Positions 1 to 9,264 of a stretch of 64,000 nucleotides of DNA are shown here, piece by piece. The notes beneath the pieces were generated by a model that saw only the letters and a list, made by a program, of their open reading frames with translations, had not been told where the DNA came from and did no database searches. The stretch's first letter is position 1; every line of letters starts with the position of its first letter. A program made the position numbers and the translations under genes. Source of the stretch: Candidatus Niyogibacteria bacterium (GTDB lineage Bacteria > Patescibacteriota > Minisyncoccia > JACROR01); assembly GCA_016214345.1 (NCBI GenBank), contig JACROR010000009.1, forward strand, positions 66,447 through 130,446. The letters run 5' to 3'.

Positions 1-189
1 GTAGTCGGTAATGCCTTGAATTTTTCTGCCGGAACCAAAATTTATACCTGGAAAAAAGAAGAAGGCAAAATATCGTCCAAAGAATCCTCTCTGCCAAAAG
101 AGTCGCCCGCCGCTCCCAAATTAACCGAACGCAAACTCAAAGAATTATCGTGGAGTTTGGATATTTATAAAAGTTCACCCAAAGCATGA
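1..189 (+). CDS. 3' end of an upstream hypothetical protein (partial); its stop overlaps the next start (ATGA)
   Basis: Open frame running into the window and ending with TGA at 187-189; translational coupling with the VirB4-like N-fragment. Confidence 0.35.
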   Translation, partial: VVGNALNFSAGTKIYTWKKEEGKISSKESSLPKESPAAPKLTERKLKELSWSLDIYKSSPKA

Positions 190-830
190 GCCCATCCACC
201 CAACAAATAATTCCCATATCGGAAATACGAGACGACGTGATCACCCTTAAAGACGGGTCGCTCCGCATGATTCTTATGGCGTCCTCCATAAACTTCGCGT
301 TAAAATCCAAAGACGAACAGACGGCCATAATCTCCCAGTACCAATTTTTTTTAAACACCCTGGACTTCTCCATGCAATTTTTCATACAATCTTCCGAGTT
401 GGACATCAGTCCATATCTGGGATTGCTGAAAACGCAGGAAAAAACGCAAACCAATGAATTACTTAAGGTGCAAACCAGGGAGTACGCGGAATTTATAAAA
501 AATTTCGTGGAAGCTGCGCACATTATGTCCAAAACTTTTTACATTTCCGTCCCTTACACGCCCAACGCCATGAAAGCCGTTAGCGGAGGAATAAGCGGCA
601 TATTCCAAAACTTTATGGGCAAAAATAAAACCTCTGAAAAAATTTCCGGAGAACAATTTACGGAATATAAAAACCAGCTTTGGCAAAGAATGGACATTGT
701 CAGCTCCGGTCTGGCTCGTTGCGGCGTGCATACCGTGCCGCTTAAAACCGAAGAATTGATAGAATTATTTTACGGCATATACAACCCGGGAGAAATTGCT
801 ACGGGGCTTTTACCGGAAATCAAACAATAA
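186..830 (+). CDS. VirB4/PrgJ/TcpF-family ATPase, N-terminal part (split gene or separate N-domain protein)
   Basis: N-terminus IIPISEIRDDVITLKDGSLRMILMASSINFALKSKDEQ resembles the N-domain of Gram-positive VirB4-like conjugative ATPases; it is followed 4 nt later by the ATPase part. Confidence 0.5.
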   Translation: MSPSTQQIIPISEIRDDVITLKDGSLRMILMASSINFALKSKDEQTAIISQYQFFLNTLDFSMQFFIQSSELDISPYLGLLKTQEKTQTNELLKVQTREYAEFIKNFVEAAHIMSKTFYISVPYTPNAMKAVSGGISGIFQNFMGKNKTSEKISGEQFTEYKNQLWQRMDIVSSGLARCGVHTVPLKTEELIELFYGIYNPGEIATGLLPEIKQ

Positions 831-833
831 TTC

Positions 834-2651
834 ATGGCATTCTTAGACTTCTTAAAATCAAAAAAGAAAGGTGGGGAAGAAATTCTACCGGTGTACCCCT
901 CGGAAATATACGAGGCGGGCGCTCTGGAACTGAAAGACATATTGGCGCCTTCCGCTATAGAAGTTACCTCCAACTACATTAAACTGGGAGATAAGATAGC
1001 TAAAACTATATTTGTTTTCTCCTATCCGCGCTATCTATCCACGGATTGGTTTTCTCCGATCATCAACTTGGACCAAGTATTTAACATATCAATTTTCATA
1101 CATCCCATAAGCACGGAAACGGTATTAAAACAATTGCAAAATAAAGTGGCGGAGGTTCAATCGCAAACCAGCATACGCTCCGAAAAAGGTCTGGTGCGCG
1201 ATCCGATATTGGATACGGCGCTTCGCGATCTGGAAGTGCTCCGCGACAAACTGCAACAAGCGGAAGAAAAGCTTTTTAGCGTGGGAATTTATCTTACCAT
1301 ATTCGGGAAAACGCTTGAAGAATTGAACAATAATGAAGCTGAAATACGACACCTCCTGGAATCCAAACTGGTGCGCACCAAACCGGCATTATTCCAGCAA
1401 ATAGAAGGATTGGACAGCGTGCTCCCTTATAACACGGACAAACTTCAAGTTAATAGCAGACTGAATTCCGAACCGCTTTCCAGCATTTTCCCGTTCGTGT
1501 CTTCGGATCTTACTTCGGACAAAGGAATACTCTATGGGATCAACCGCCACAATAACAGTCTTATACTTTTTGATAGATTCAGCCTGGAAAATTACAATTC
1601 CGTTATTTTCGCCAAGTCCGGATCAGGAAAATCCTACACCACCAAGTTGGAAATTTTAAGATCGCTCATGTTCGGCGTAGACGTAATAGTCATAGATCCG
1701 GAACGGGAATACGAATACTTGGCCGAAGCGGTAGACGGGCGGCATATTAATATATCACTGACCTCAAAAAATCATATCAATCCCTTTGATCTTCCGGTGG
1801 CGCGCGAAGACGAATCCCCGGCGGACGTTTTACGGTCCCACATCATAAACCTGATCGGGCTATTCCGCATCATGTTGGGAGGATTAACTCCCCAAGAAGA
1901 CTCCCTCTTGGACCAGGCCATCGCGGAAACTTATGCTTCACGCGACATAACCGTAGAATCGGATTTTTCCAAAGCAACGCCGCCCATACTTTCAGACCTG
2001 GAAATGGTGCTGATGAGTACGGAAGGGGGAGAAAATCTCGCGCAACGGATGAAAAAATACACCATGGGCAGCTGGGCCGGATTTTTGAACCAACCCACTA
2101 ATATAGACATGAATAAAAATTTTATCGTCTTTTCCGTGCGCGACATGGAAGACGAATTAAAGCCCGTAGCCATGTATCTCATCACTCATTATATATGGAA
2201 TGCCGTGCGGTTAAATTTAAAAAAGCGCCTGCTCATCATTGATGAGGCGTGGTGGATGATGAAAACCGAAGACGGCGCGTCATTTCTTTTCGGCATGGCC
2301 AAAAGAGCGCGAAAATATTATCTGGGAGTCGCGACCATAACGCAGGACGTGGAAGATTTTTTAAAATCTCCTTACGGAAAACCCCTCATTACCAACTCCT
2401 CCATGCAACTTTTGCTCCGCCAGTCTCCGGCGGCGATTGATCGCTTGCAAGAAGTGATGAATTTGACCGACGAAGAAAAGTATTTGCTTTTGGAGGCGGA
2501 CATGGGGGAGGGAATATTTTTCGCGGGCTTAAAACATGTCGCCATAAAAGTACTCGCCTCTTATACCGAAGACCAAATTATAACCTCTGACCCGGGCCAG
2601 CTTATGGCCATAAAAAAAGCCAAGGAGGAATTCAAGCAAACGCAAAGCTAA
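834..2651 (+). CDS. VirB4/TraC/TrbE-family type IV secretion ATPase (C-terminal ATPase part)
   Basis: Walker A FAKSGSGKSYTTK, Walker B LLIIDEAWWMM (the DEAW motif typical of VirB4); 605 aa. Confidence 0.75.
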   Translation: MAFLDFLKSKKKGGEEILPVYPSEIYEAGALELKDILAPSAIEVTSNYIKLGDKIAKTIFVFSYPRYLSTDWFSPIINLDQVFNISIFIHPISTETVLKQLQNKVAEVQSQTSIRSEKGLVRDPILDTALRDLEVLRDKLQQAEEKLFSVGIYLTIFGKTLEELNNNEAEIRHLLESKLVRTKPALFQQIEGLDSVLPYNTDKLQVNSRLNSEPLSSIFPFVSSDLTSDKGILYGINRHNNSLILFDRFSLENYNSVIFAKSGSGKSYTTKLEILRSLMFGVDVIVIDPEREYEYLAEAVDGRHINISLTSKNHINPFDLPVAREDESPADVLRSHIINLIGLFRIMLGGLTPQEDSLLDQAIAETYASRDITVESDFSKATPPILSDLEMVLMSTEGGENLAQRMKKYTMGSWAGFLNQPTNIDMNKNFIVFSVRDMEDELKPVAMYLITHYIWNAVRLNLKKRLLIIDEAWWMMKTEDGASFLFGMAKRARKYYLGVATITQDVEDFLKSPYGKPLITNSSMQLLLRQSPAAIDRLQEVMNLTDEEKYLLLEADMGEGIFFAGLKHVAIKVLASYTEDQIITSDPGQLMAIKKAKEEFKQTQS

Positions 2652-2663
2652 AAACGAAAAGCG
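2648..2663. repeat. Left copy of a perfect 16-bp inverted repeat (CTAAAAACGAAAAGCG) bracketing the 2694-3089 gene
   Basis: Its reverse complement CGCTTTTCGTTTTTAG occurs at 3108-3123; degenerate back-to-back copies of the same motif lie at 26600-26672. Confidence 0.7.
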
Positions 2664-2693
2664 CAAAATAATAAAAACTATGATTCAAACGCG

Positions 2694-3089
2694 ATGAACG
2701 AAGAAGAGCAAATATCAACAGAACTACGAGCGGCGCAGCTGCAAAATATGAAAAAGGGTGGCGAGTCGGCAAAAAATCCTATGAAGCCCGTGGTATTTGC
2801 CCTATCTTTCCGTCAAAAAATATTAGAACATAAAATAATACTGATCACGGCGGCATTTTTTGATATCATCGCGATGATTCCCTTTGTAAGCATCGCAACC
2901 AACCCGGCGTTCGGCTTGATTTTATTCTTGTATTTTGGACCAAAAAGCAAGAAAGGGTCGGAATTTTTGAAAATCGCCCTGCCCACCGGCATAGGAACCA
3001 TTGCGGACACCGTAAGTAGCGCGATACCCTTCGCCGACCTTATACCTTTCAATATAGGCGTAGCGCTTATCAGAATAGCGCTTAGTTAA
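2694..3089 (+). CDS. Small integral membrane protein (3 predicted TM segments), hypothetical; part of the T4SS-like cluster
   Basis: Hydrophobic segments ILITAAFFDIIAMIPFVSIA, FGLILFLYFG and IPFNIGVALIRIAL; bracketed exactly by the 16-bp inverted repeats. Confidence 0.5.
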   Translation: MNEEEQISTELRAAQLQNMKKGGESAKNPMKPVVFALSFRQKILEHKIILITAAFFDIIAMIPFVSIATNPAFGLILFLYFGPKSKKGSEFLKIALPTGIGTIADTVSSAIPFADLIPFNIGVALIRIALS

Positions 3090-3107
3090 AAAAATAAATT
3101 GATTTTC

Positions 3108-3123
3108 GCTTTTCGTTTTTAGT
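3108..3123. repeat. Right copy of the 16-bp inverted repeat (CGCTTTTCGTTTTTAG)
   Basis: Perfect reverse complement of 2648-2663. Confidence 0.7.
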
Positions 3124-3167
3124 TATTAGTTTGTTTGGTATAATAATATTGTAAGATCATAAATCCA

Positions 3168-4184
3168 ATGACACTAAAACGCGAGACCATATTTATAATA
3201 TCCGGCGTCCTCCTTATGGCGGCGGGGCCTTTATCGCCAAAACTTATTTACGCTCAAGAAGCCTTGCCGCCATTCACAGGCACGAAACTTTTTTCCATAA
3301 AATTAACCCCGAATTATCCCAAACCAAACACCGCCGTAACGGCAGAAATCCTAACTTACCGCTTTGACGAAGATCGCGCCAATATTATTTGGCAAATAAA
3401 CGGCAAAACCGTAGCCCAAGGATTAGGAGTTAAAACCATAACGTTTCAGAGTCCGGACACGGGAAAAACCCAAAAAATAACCGCCTATGTAACTACGATA
3501 GAAGGCAATCAAGAAAGCCAATTGCTTAATTTAACCATACATGACGTGGATCTTCTCGTAGACGCGCTCACTTATGTTCCGCCCGGATACCGAGGCAAAG
3601 CCTGGCCCACCTTGCAATCCAGCATAAGAATATCGGCAATTCCATATCTTTTCAAAAATGGCAAAAAACTGCCGCCCGAAACCCTGATTTATGAATGGTC
3701 GTTTGATACCAAAAAAAATATACCGGCTTCCGGCGCCAATAAAGATTCTTTTGTGGCACAATTGCCAGACTCCGATGACTACCTCGTAACCTTAAAATTA
3801 TCCGACCAAGCGGACGAAATAAATTTTGAAAAAAGTATTATGTTAACTGCCAGAAAGACTTCCCCTGAAATTATCTTTTATGAAGATAATCCGCTGGAAG
3901 GGCCGATCTATGCCAAAGCGCTTTCCGGCGCCATAAAACTTAGCCAAGGCGCGATTAATCTGCGAGCTGAACCTTTTTATTTCTCTAAAGAAAATATTTC
4001 TGCCCTGACTTATGGGTGGAGCATGAATGACCAGCCGACGCCGACCGAAGAAAAGCCCAATGTTTTAAACTTGCGCGCTCCTGAAAATACTACCGGAGAA
4101 ACGGTAATAAATTTAACCATAAAAAACCTGTCGCGCCTCTTACAATCCGCGGACGCGACACTGCGTGTAATGTTCGGGCAATAA
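3168..4184 (+). CDS. Secreted or cell-surface protein with internal ~90-aa repeats (Ig-like?), hypothetical
   Basis: N-terminal signal/TM segment IFIISGVLLMAAGPL; repeated modules ending in ...LNLTIHD, ...IMLTAR and ...ATLRVMF. Confidence 0.45.
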   Translation: MTLKRETIFIISGVLLMAAGPLSPKLIYAQEALPPFTGTKLFSIKLTPNYPKPNTAVTAEILTYRFDEDRANIIWQINGKTVAQGLGVKTITFQSPDTGKTQKITAYVTTIEGNQESQLLNLTIHDVDLLVDALTYVPPGYRGKAWPTLQSSIRISAIPYLFKNGKKLPPETLIYEWSFDTKKNIPASGANKDSFVAQLPDSDDYLVTLKLSDQADEINFEKSIMLTARKTSPEIIFYEDNPLEGPIYAKALSGAIKLSQGAINLRAEPFYFSKENISALTYGWSMNDQPTPTEEKPNVLNLRAPENTTGETVINLTIKNLSRLLQSADATLRVMFGQ

Positions 4185-4190
4185 AAAAAT

Positions 4191-4940
4191 ATGAAATACT
4201 TTCCAAATAAAATCACGATTTTAACCATTATAGCCGCTGTTTTAGTATTGACGCCAATACTAACCTACGGATATACTTTTTTGGCGCCATTGCCCGGACT
4301 TGAAAAAACAATAGAAGGATCAAGCCTGTTCTCCGCATACCTTTCCGCCCTGTTTCGTTTTGCCATAGTAATAGCCTCCATACTGGCCGTAATAGTTATA
4401 ATAATCGCCGGACTGAAATACATAGGCGCCGCGGGCAATACCGCCGTCGTTAATGACGCCAAAGATCAAATATACTGGGCCGTTTTAGGACTCATTCTCG
4501 CGCTTTCTTCCTGGTTGATTTTAAGTATCATCAATCCTAAACTTTTAGTATTAAAACTGGGAGTAACCTCCACAAAGCTAATTCAAGCCCCAAACGCTGA
4601 AAGCCTGTTTTCCGGCGCTTATTGTGGTCAGTTCACAGAAAACAGCGCGTGCACCGCAGACGCTAGTTGCACCTGTAAATGCCTAGTCGGACAAGCGGCG
4701 GCAACAACTTGCAATAGCCTGAATCAGAGCGATTGCTCAGAAAATGCATATTGCAAATGGTGGTTCGCTTCAAACACATGTAACCCGCTAATAAAAGTTA
4801 AATGCCAATATAAAAATACCACCTTAAACTGCCAAACCGGACCTAAATGCGGCATATTTCCTGAGACAGATACACTGTGTTGTATGGGCTCTGCTGTGAA
4901 ATGTCAGCCATCTTCCGCAATTACCGTAACTCCGCAATAA
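4191..4940 (+). CDS. VirB2/TrbC-like pilin-type membrane protein fused to a cysteine-rich C-terminal extracellular domain
   Basis: Long signal-like N-terminus followed by two further hydrophobic helices (pilin-like topology), then ~110 aa containing 17 Cys (CGQFTENSACTADASCTCKC...). Confidence 0.4.
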   Translation: MKYFPNKITILTIIAAVLVLTPILTYGYTFLAPLPGLEKTIEGSSLFSAYLSALFRFAIVIASILAVIVIIIAGLKYIGAAGNTAVVNDAKDQIYWAVLGLILALSSWLILSIINPKLLVLKLGVTSTKLIQAPNAESLFSGAYCGQFTENSACTADASCTCKCLVGQAAATTCNSLNQSDCSENAYCKWWFASNTCNPLIKVKCQYKNTTLNCQTGPKCGIFPETDTLCCMGSAVKCQPSSAITVTPQ

Positions 4941-4945
4941 ATAAT

Positions 4946-6103
4946 ATGAACCGCAAAAAATTAATTATTATCATATCCGCCGCTTTAATCCTGATTATAT
5001 TGGGAGGGGTTTTAATTTATTATTTTTACATCAGAAGCGTGCCCGTAGCGCAAAGAGGCGTTATCGGCAGACTTTTCCCGACACCGACGGAAAAAATCGG
5101 TCCGTCATCCGCGACATCCGGACAAATTACGCCGCCGACAACCTCGGAAAAGGTAGGACAACTAGTCCACCTGACAGATATCGCGATAGCCGGCATGAAA
5201 GAAATGCCTTTTGGCCGAGCGCGATATATAGAAAAATCCACCGGCCATGTATATGAAATAAGCGGAGACGGATCCGACCGCGTGCGCGTTTCCAATACCA
5301 CCATACCCAAAATCTGGAGCGCTGAATGGTCGCCCAAGGGCGATAAGGCGGTGTTGGGCATTTTTGACGATGCGGGCATTAAGTACTTTTCCGCCATATT
5401 CAATGGCACGAGCACCGAAGGCGTATTTTTACCGGACAACGCCAATTTCGGATCATACGCGCCCAACCAAGATAAAATTCTTTACGCGACAACCTTAAAC
5501 GACAAAACAACTTTAATTACCGCGAATGCCAGCAATACCAAACAGGATAAACTTTATATTGCTCCGCCGGCAGAATTTTTGTTGGACTGGCCGGCAACTG
5601 ATACTGTTTCTCTACTAACCCGTCCCTCCGGAGCAGTCAGCGGTTTTCTTTATAACTTAGATATCAAAACAAAGGCTTTGGAAAAAATTGTTGGCGACAT
5701 CAAAGGATTGGACGCCTTGTGGTCAATCAAGGGCGATAAAATTTTAATCTCCGCGGGCGGAACAAGCCTTTCTTCGCGCGTGGTGTCTCTTACCGGAGAA
5801 ACCTTAGCCGAAGGACGAAAAACTCTTGCCGAAAAATGCGCGTGGAGCGCGTCAAAAGAAAACATTCTTTATTGCGCCATACCCACTCAAATTCCCAACG
5901 GCAATTATCCGGACGATTGGTTCAAGGGCAAAGCGTCTTTCCAAGATTATATTTTAAAAATAGACCTCTTAACGCAAGATATTACATTAATCCTTGCTCG
6001 ATCAACATTTGACATTCAAAAAATGTTAATAGGACAAGATGATAAATATCTTTATTTCATAGACAAAAATGACGGCACGCTTTGGGGGCTGAACATGGAA
6101 TAA
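4946..6103 (+). CDS. Membrane-anchored secreted protein, beta-propeller/TolB-like repeats, hypothetical
   Basis: Start chosen at MNRKKLIIIIS (N-terminal TM anchor); the ORF track opens earlier, at 4877. Confidence 0.45.
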   Translation: MNRKKLIIIISAALILIILGGVLIYYFYIRSVPVAQRGVIGRLFPTPTEKIGPSSATSGQITPPTTSEKVGQLVHLTDIAIAGMKEMPFGRARYIEKSTGHVYEISGDGSDRVRVSNTTIPKIWSAEWSPKGDKAVLGIFDDAGIKYFSAIFNGTSTEGVFLPDNANFGSYAPNQDKILYATTLNDKTTLITANASNTKQDKLYIAPPAEFLLDWPATDTVSLLTRPSGAVSGFLYNLDIKTKALEKIVGDIKGLDALWSIKGDKILISAGGTSLSSRVVSLTGETLAEGRKTLAEKCAWSASKENILYCAIPTQIPNGNYPDDWFKGKASFQDYILKIDLLTQDITLILARSTFDIQKMLIGQDDKYLYFIDKNDGTLWGLNME

Positions 6104-6120
6104 AACGCGATAATAAAAAT

Positions 6121-6150
6121 CTCCCGCTTTTATGGCGGGGAATTTTTATT
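6121..6150 (+). terminator. Rho-independent terminator after the T4SS-like cluster
   Basis: Stem CTCCCGC...GCGGGG followed by a T-run AATTTTTATT. Confidence 0.55.
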
Positions 6151-6162
6151 ATATCCTTTAAT

Positions 6163-6642
6163 TTAAATATATGGCTTAATAACCACGCGCCTTTCTTCTC
6201 CTTCTCCCATGCTTTCCGTAATTATGTCAGGATATTCGGTTAAGGCGCTGTGCACCACCCTCCTGTCATACGCGCTCATGGGTTGCATGACCACGGCTTT
6301 TTTAAAATACCTCACTCTTTGCGCGTGTATTTTTGCCAGATCCTTTAAAGACTCGTTTTTTTGCCGCTGATAATCATTCACATCCAAAAAAAACCGCACA
6401 TCCTCCCCCTCGGCAAGCGAACCGCTTTTTACTATTTTCTTAATCACATGATTCAAGGCCGCGAGTCCCGCCCCCTTATTACCTATAAGCATGCCGCCAT
6501 CTCTTACTCTCACGGCAAACTGGACCTCTTCCGAATGCAAAACGTCATCAACCGTAGCGTCAATTCCCATCTTACCGATGAGCTGTTGGATCGCTGTTTT
6601 TATTTCTTGAATGCGTTGTGATCGTTGATCTGTCTCGCCCAT
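6163..6642 (-). CDS. jag: Jag/KhpB RNA-binding protein (KH + R3H domains)
   Basis: C-terminal R3H motif VVMQPMSAYDRRVVHSAL...ESMGEGEERRVVIKP; conserved position next to yidC. The true start may be the internal MGIDATV (~6570), because the upstream part overlaps the yidC 3' end. Confidence 0.8.
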   Translation of the reverse strand: MGETDQRSQRIQEIKTAIQQLIGKMGIDATVDDVLHSEEVQFAVRVRDGGMLIGNKGAGLAALNHVIKKIVKSGSLAEGEDVRFFLDVNDYQRQKNESLKDLAKIHAQRVRYFKKAVVMQPMSAYDRRVVHSALTEYPDIITESMGEGEERRVVIKPYI

Positions 6643-7390
6643 ATTGTGATCTTAAAATGTTGGCCTGCCTGTCCGGTAGGCGGGCCCGACGCCGAACCGT
6701 ACTTTCATGCACTATAGCAAAAATATTCGTAGTCGTCCAGTACAACGAAACCACGGCAGGAAAGCTCATGGATATAAACGCTATGAATGCCGGCAAAACA
6801 TACGTGGTTTGCAGGCGCATGGCGCGCGAAAAATCAGACTGAAAAGATTTTACTTCTCCCTTTTTTGGCGGCAAAGGGGGTTGCGCGAGGCGCATTTGCA
6901 CAAATTGCGAGATTCCCGCCAACAGCGCGAAAACCAGGCTCGGTTTTTGCAGATCAAGCAATCCGAAAAAATTCATATTTATGGTTTCCGGTCTTGTCAC
7001 AAAAAAATACAACTCATTGGCGGAAAAATCCAAACCGCGCCAAAAAAGATAATAAAGGGCTATGAGGATCGGAAGCTGAACCAAAGCCACCAAGCAACCG
7101 GACAAGGGATTAACACCATGCTCCTTGTAAAGCTCCATGGTGCGCTTAGCCTGCTCTTCTTTATTATCCTTGTACTTATCACGCAGCGCCGCCATGTGCG
7201 GCTCCAATTCTTTCATTTTAACCTGCGCGCGAACGGATTTATGCGTTAACGGAAACAGGGCGATCCTTACCAATACGGTAAGCGCCACAACCGCCAGGCC
7301 CATATCGTGTCCGGGCATGATATCCACCAAAAAAACCAGGGCGTTGAAAAGCGGACGATAAAGAAATTCGTTATAAATAAAATAAAACAT
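6572..7390 (-). CDS. yidC: Membrane protein insertase YidC/Oxa1 family (short form)
   Basis: Conserved YidC TM core (LFPLTHKSVRAQVKMKELEPHMAALRDKYKDN..., PLSGCLVALVQLPILIALYY); the 45-aa C-terminal tail runs through a dispersed palindromic repeat. Confidence 0.85.
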   Translation of the reverse strand: MFYFIYNEFLYRPLFNALVFLVDIMPGHDMGLAVVALTVLVRIALFPLTHKSVRAQVKMKELEPHMAALRDKYKDNKEEQAKRTMELYKEHGVNPLSGCLVALVQLPILIALYYLFWRGLDFSANELYFFVTRPETINMNFFGLLDLQKPSLVFALLAGISQFVQMRLAQPPLPPKKGEVKSFQSDFSRAMRLQTTYVLPAFIAFISMSFPAVVSLYWTTTNIFAIVHESTVRRRARLPDRQANILRSQYGRDRSTITTHSRNKNSDPTAHR

Positions 7391-7393
7391 GGT

Positions 7394-7606
7394 TTATGCC
7401 AAATGATCAATTTGCGGATCCTGCCAGGGATGGCAACGCAAAATGCGCCTGACTCCTAAAAAATTCCCGCGCATTACGCCGTATTTTTGCAGCGCCAACA
7501 AATAATATTCCGAACATGACGGATAAAAAACACAGTGTCCTGGCCATTTTAATATTCCGCGGACGTATTGATAAATTTTCACCCAAAAAATAAAAAAATA
7601 TTTCAT
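7394..7606 (-). CDS. yidD: Membrane protein insertion efficiency factor YidD
   Basis: YidD signature VFYPSCSEYYLLALQKYGVMRGNFLGVRRILRCHPWQ. Confidence 0.85.
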   Translation of the reverse strand: MKYFFIFWVKIYQYVRGILKWPGHCVFYPSCSEYYLLALQKYGVMRGNFLGVRRILRCHPWQDPQIDHLA

Positions 7607-7615
7607 GTTGCAATA

Positions 7616-7969
7616 TTATTGGACGATTGGCGCAGAGGCAAGTCCGGACATTTTAAATAAATCTAAAATGTTTTTTAATAATTGCGCGCGCGACAACTCC
7701 GCGGCTCCGCTTTTAAAAACCAAAATAACGGCGTAACCGTCTTTAATATTGAAAAGGTTTTCCCTAATGATGGAATACGCCCGACGGCGTAACTTATTTC
7801 TCAAAATGGCCCTTTTAGAAACCTTTAAAGAAATTACACAAGCAAACCGACCGGGACCTTTGCTCGGCACAAAAAATAAGTGAATGAAATGACTGAATGT
7901 TCTTTGGCCTGACCGATAAATAACCTCAAAATTTTTTCTGCCGCTGATCTTGCGGCTCTTAGGCAGCAT
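7616..7969 (-). CDS. rnpA: RNase P protein component
   Basis: 117 aa, basic; conserved position between rpmH and yidD; RnpA-like sequence KRAILRNKLRRRAYSIIRE. Confidence 0.85.
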   Translation of the reverse strand: MLPKSRKISGRKNFEVIYRSGQRTFSHFIHLFFVPSKGPGRFACVISLKVSKRAILRNKLRRRAYSIIRENLFNIKDGYAVILVFKSGAAELSRAQLLKNILDLFKMSGLASAPIVQ

Positions 7970-7977
7970 ATTTTTTA

Positions 7978-8112
7978 TTACGCCGCGAGTTTCTTACGTC
8001 CTTTATGGCGTCTTTGTTTCAAAATGGCGCGTCCGTTAGAGGTTTTGCTCCTTTTTAAAAAACCGTGCGTGCGCGCTCGTTTTCTTTTTTTGGGTTGATA
8101 AGTTATAGACAT
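7978..8112 (-). CDS. rpmH: 50S ribosomal protein L34
   Basis: Absent from the ORF track (44 aa). Manual translation [44 protein letters not shown] matches the L34 consensus. Confidence 0.85.
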   Translation of the reverse strand: MSITYQPKKRKRARTHGFLKRSKTSNGRAILKQRRHKGRKKLAA

Positions 8113-8310
8113 AAAATTTTATTAAAAACTGACGTTTAACGCCGACACCGTAAGGATTTATTTATTATACAACATACAAATTAAAAAACAATATTCACAA
8201 GTAATCCACATATTAGTAACATTCTATTAGGGTTTGGCGTGAAAATGTCTATTTGTGCGAAGACCGTGATGATTAGTATAATAATCCTATATTAATATTT
8301 TAAAAAAATC
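8113..8310. promoter_or_regulatory. AT-rich rpmH/dnaA divergent intergenic region; possible oriC part with degenerate DnaA boxes
   Basis: Near-consensus box TAATCCACA around 8203; AT-rich. Confidence 0.35.
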
Positions 8311-9264
8311 ATGACCAATCAAGAATTATGGAAAGCGGCATTGGGCGAAATTGAACTGGAACTTTCTAAGGCCAACTTCCTGACTTGGTTTAAAAATACG
8401 GCCATAGCGGATCAAAAAGAGGGGGTGATAACCGTAAGCGTGCCGAACACCTTCATAAAAGAATGGATGGAAGATAAATATCATAAATTAATTCTAAAAT
8501 CGCTTCGCAATTATTCCCGAGACATACGCAATATAGAATATAACATCTCATCGGATCTTTTAACGGGCGCGCCAAAAACCAACAAAGCCAAAGATGTCGG
8601 AAAAGAACCGCCCGCTCCGGAAAGCCAGCTTGAATTCAAAGAATTTCAAATAGACAAAGAAACCAACCTTAACCCGCGCTACACTTTTGAAACTTTCATT
8701 GTCGGTGAATTCAATGAAATGGCTCATGCCGCTTCGCTGTCCATAACTAAAAATTTAGGCCGCCTTTATAATCCACTCTTTATTTATGGCGGAGTTGGTT
8801 TGGGCAAAACGCACCTGACCCAGGCGTTAGGCAACGCCATCAAACAAAGCGACCCGGACATCAAAATCAAGTATTTAAGTTCTGAAAAATTCGCCAGCGA
8901 CTTTGTTTCGGCAATGCAAAATGCCGAAATTCCGGAATTCAAAACCAAGCATCGCAAATATGACGTTTTGATACTGGATGACGTGCAATTTTTAGCCAGT
9001 AAAATGAAAGTGCAGGAAGTATTTTTTGATATCTTCAACGAGCTTTATGACAACAATAAACAAATTATCTTATCGGCCGATCGTCCACCCAAGTCATTTA
9101 AAGAACTGGAAGAGCGAATACGGTCCCGCTTTGAAGGGGGGCTTATGGTTCACATCTCGGAACCGGACTACGAATCGCGCCTGGCCATCTTGAAAGCAAA
9201 GGCTGAAGCCAAAAAATTCAACCCGTCCAATGAAATACTTGAATTTATAGCGTCATACATCTAA
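8311..9264 (+). CDS. dnaA: Chromosomal replication initiator DnaA (N-terminal domain plus AAA+ domain), apparently truncated
   Basis: DnaA N-domain and AAA+ motifs GGVGLGKTHL and VLILDDVQF; the ORF stops at 317 aa, immediately after ...ILEFIASYI, before domain IV. Confidence 0.85.
   Translation: MTNQELWKAALGEIELELSKANFLTWFKNTAIADQKEGVITVSVPNTFIKEWMEDKYHKLILKSLRNYSRDIRNIEYNISSDLLTGAPKTNKAKDVGKEPPAPESQLEFKEFQIDKETNLNPRYTFETFIVGEFNEMAHAASLSITKNLGRLYNPLFIYGGVGLGKTHLTQALGNAIKQSDPDIKIKYLSSEKFASDFVSAMQNAEIPEFKTKHRKYDVLILDDVQFLASKMKVQEVFFDIFNELYDNNKQIILSADRPPKSFKELEERIRSRFEGGLMVHISEPDYESRLAILKAKAEAKKFNPSNEILEFIASYI

Noticed and set aside
6707-7249. 180-aa and other ORF-track frames antisense to yidC, fusA (47516-48286), tuf (48988-49995), rplB (52492-53205), etc.
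   Set aside because: These lie opposite highly conserved genes, have Arg/His-rich or low-complexity compositions and no SD. They are typical shadow ORFs.
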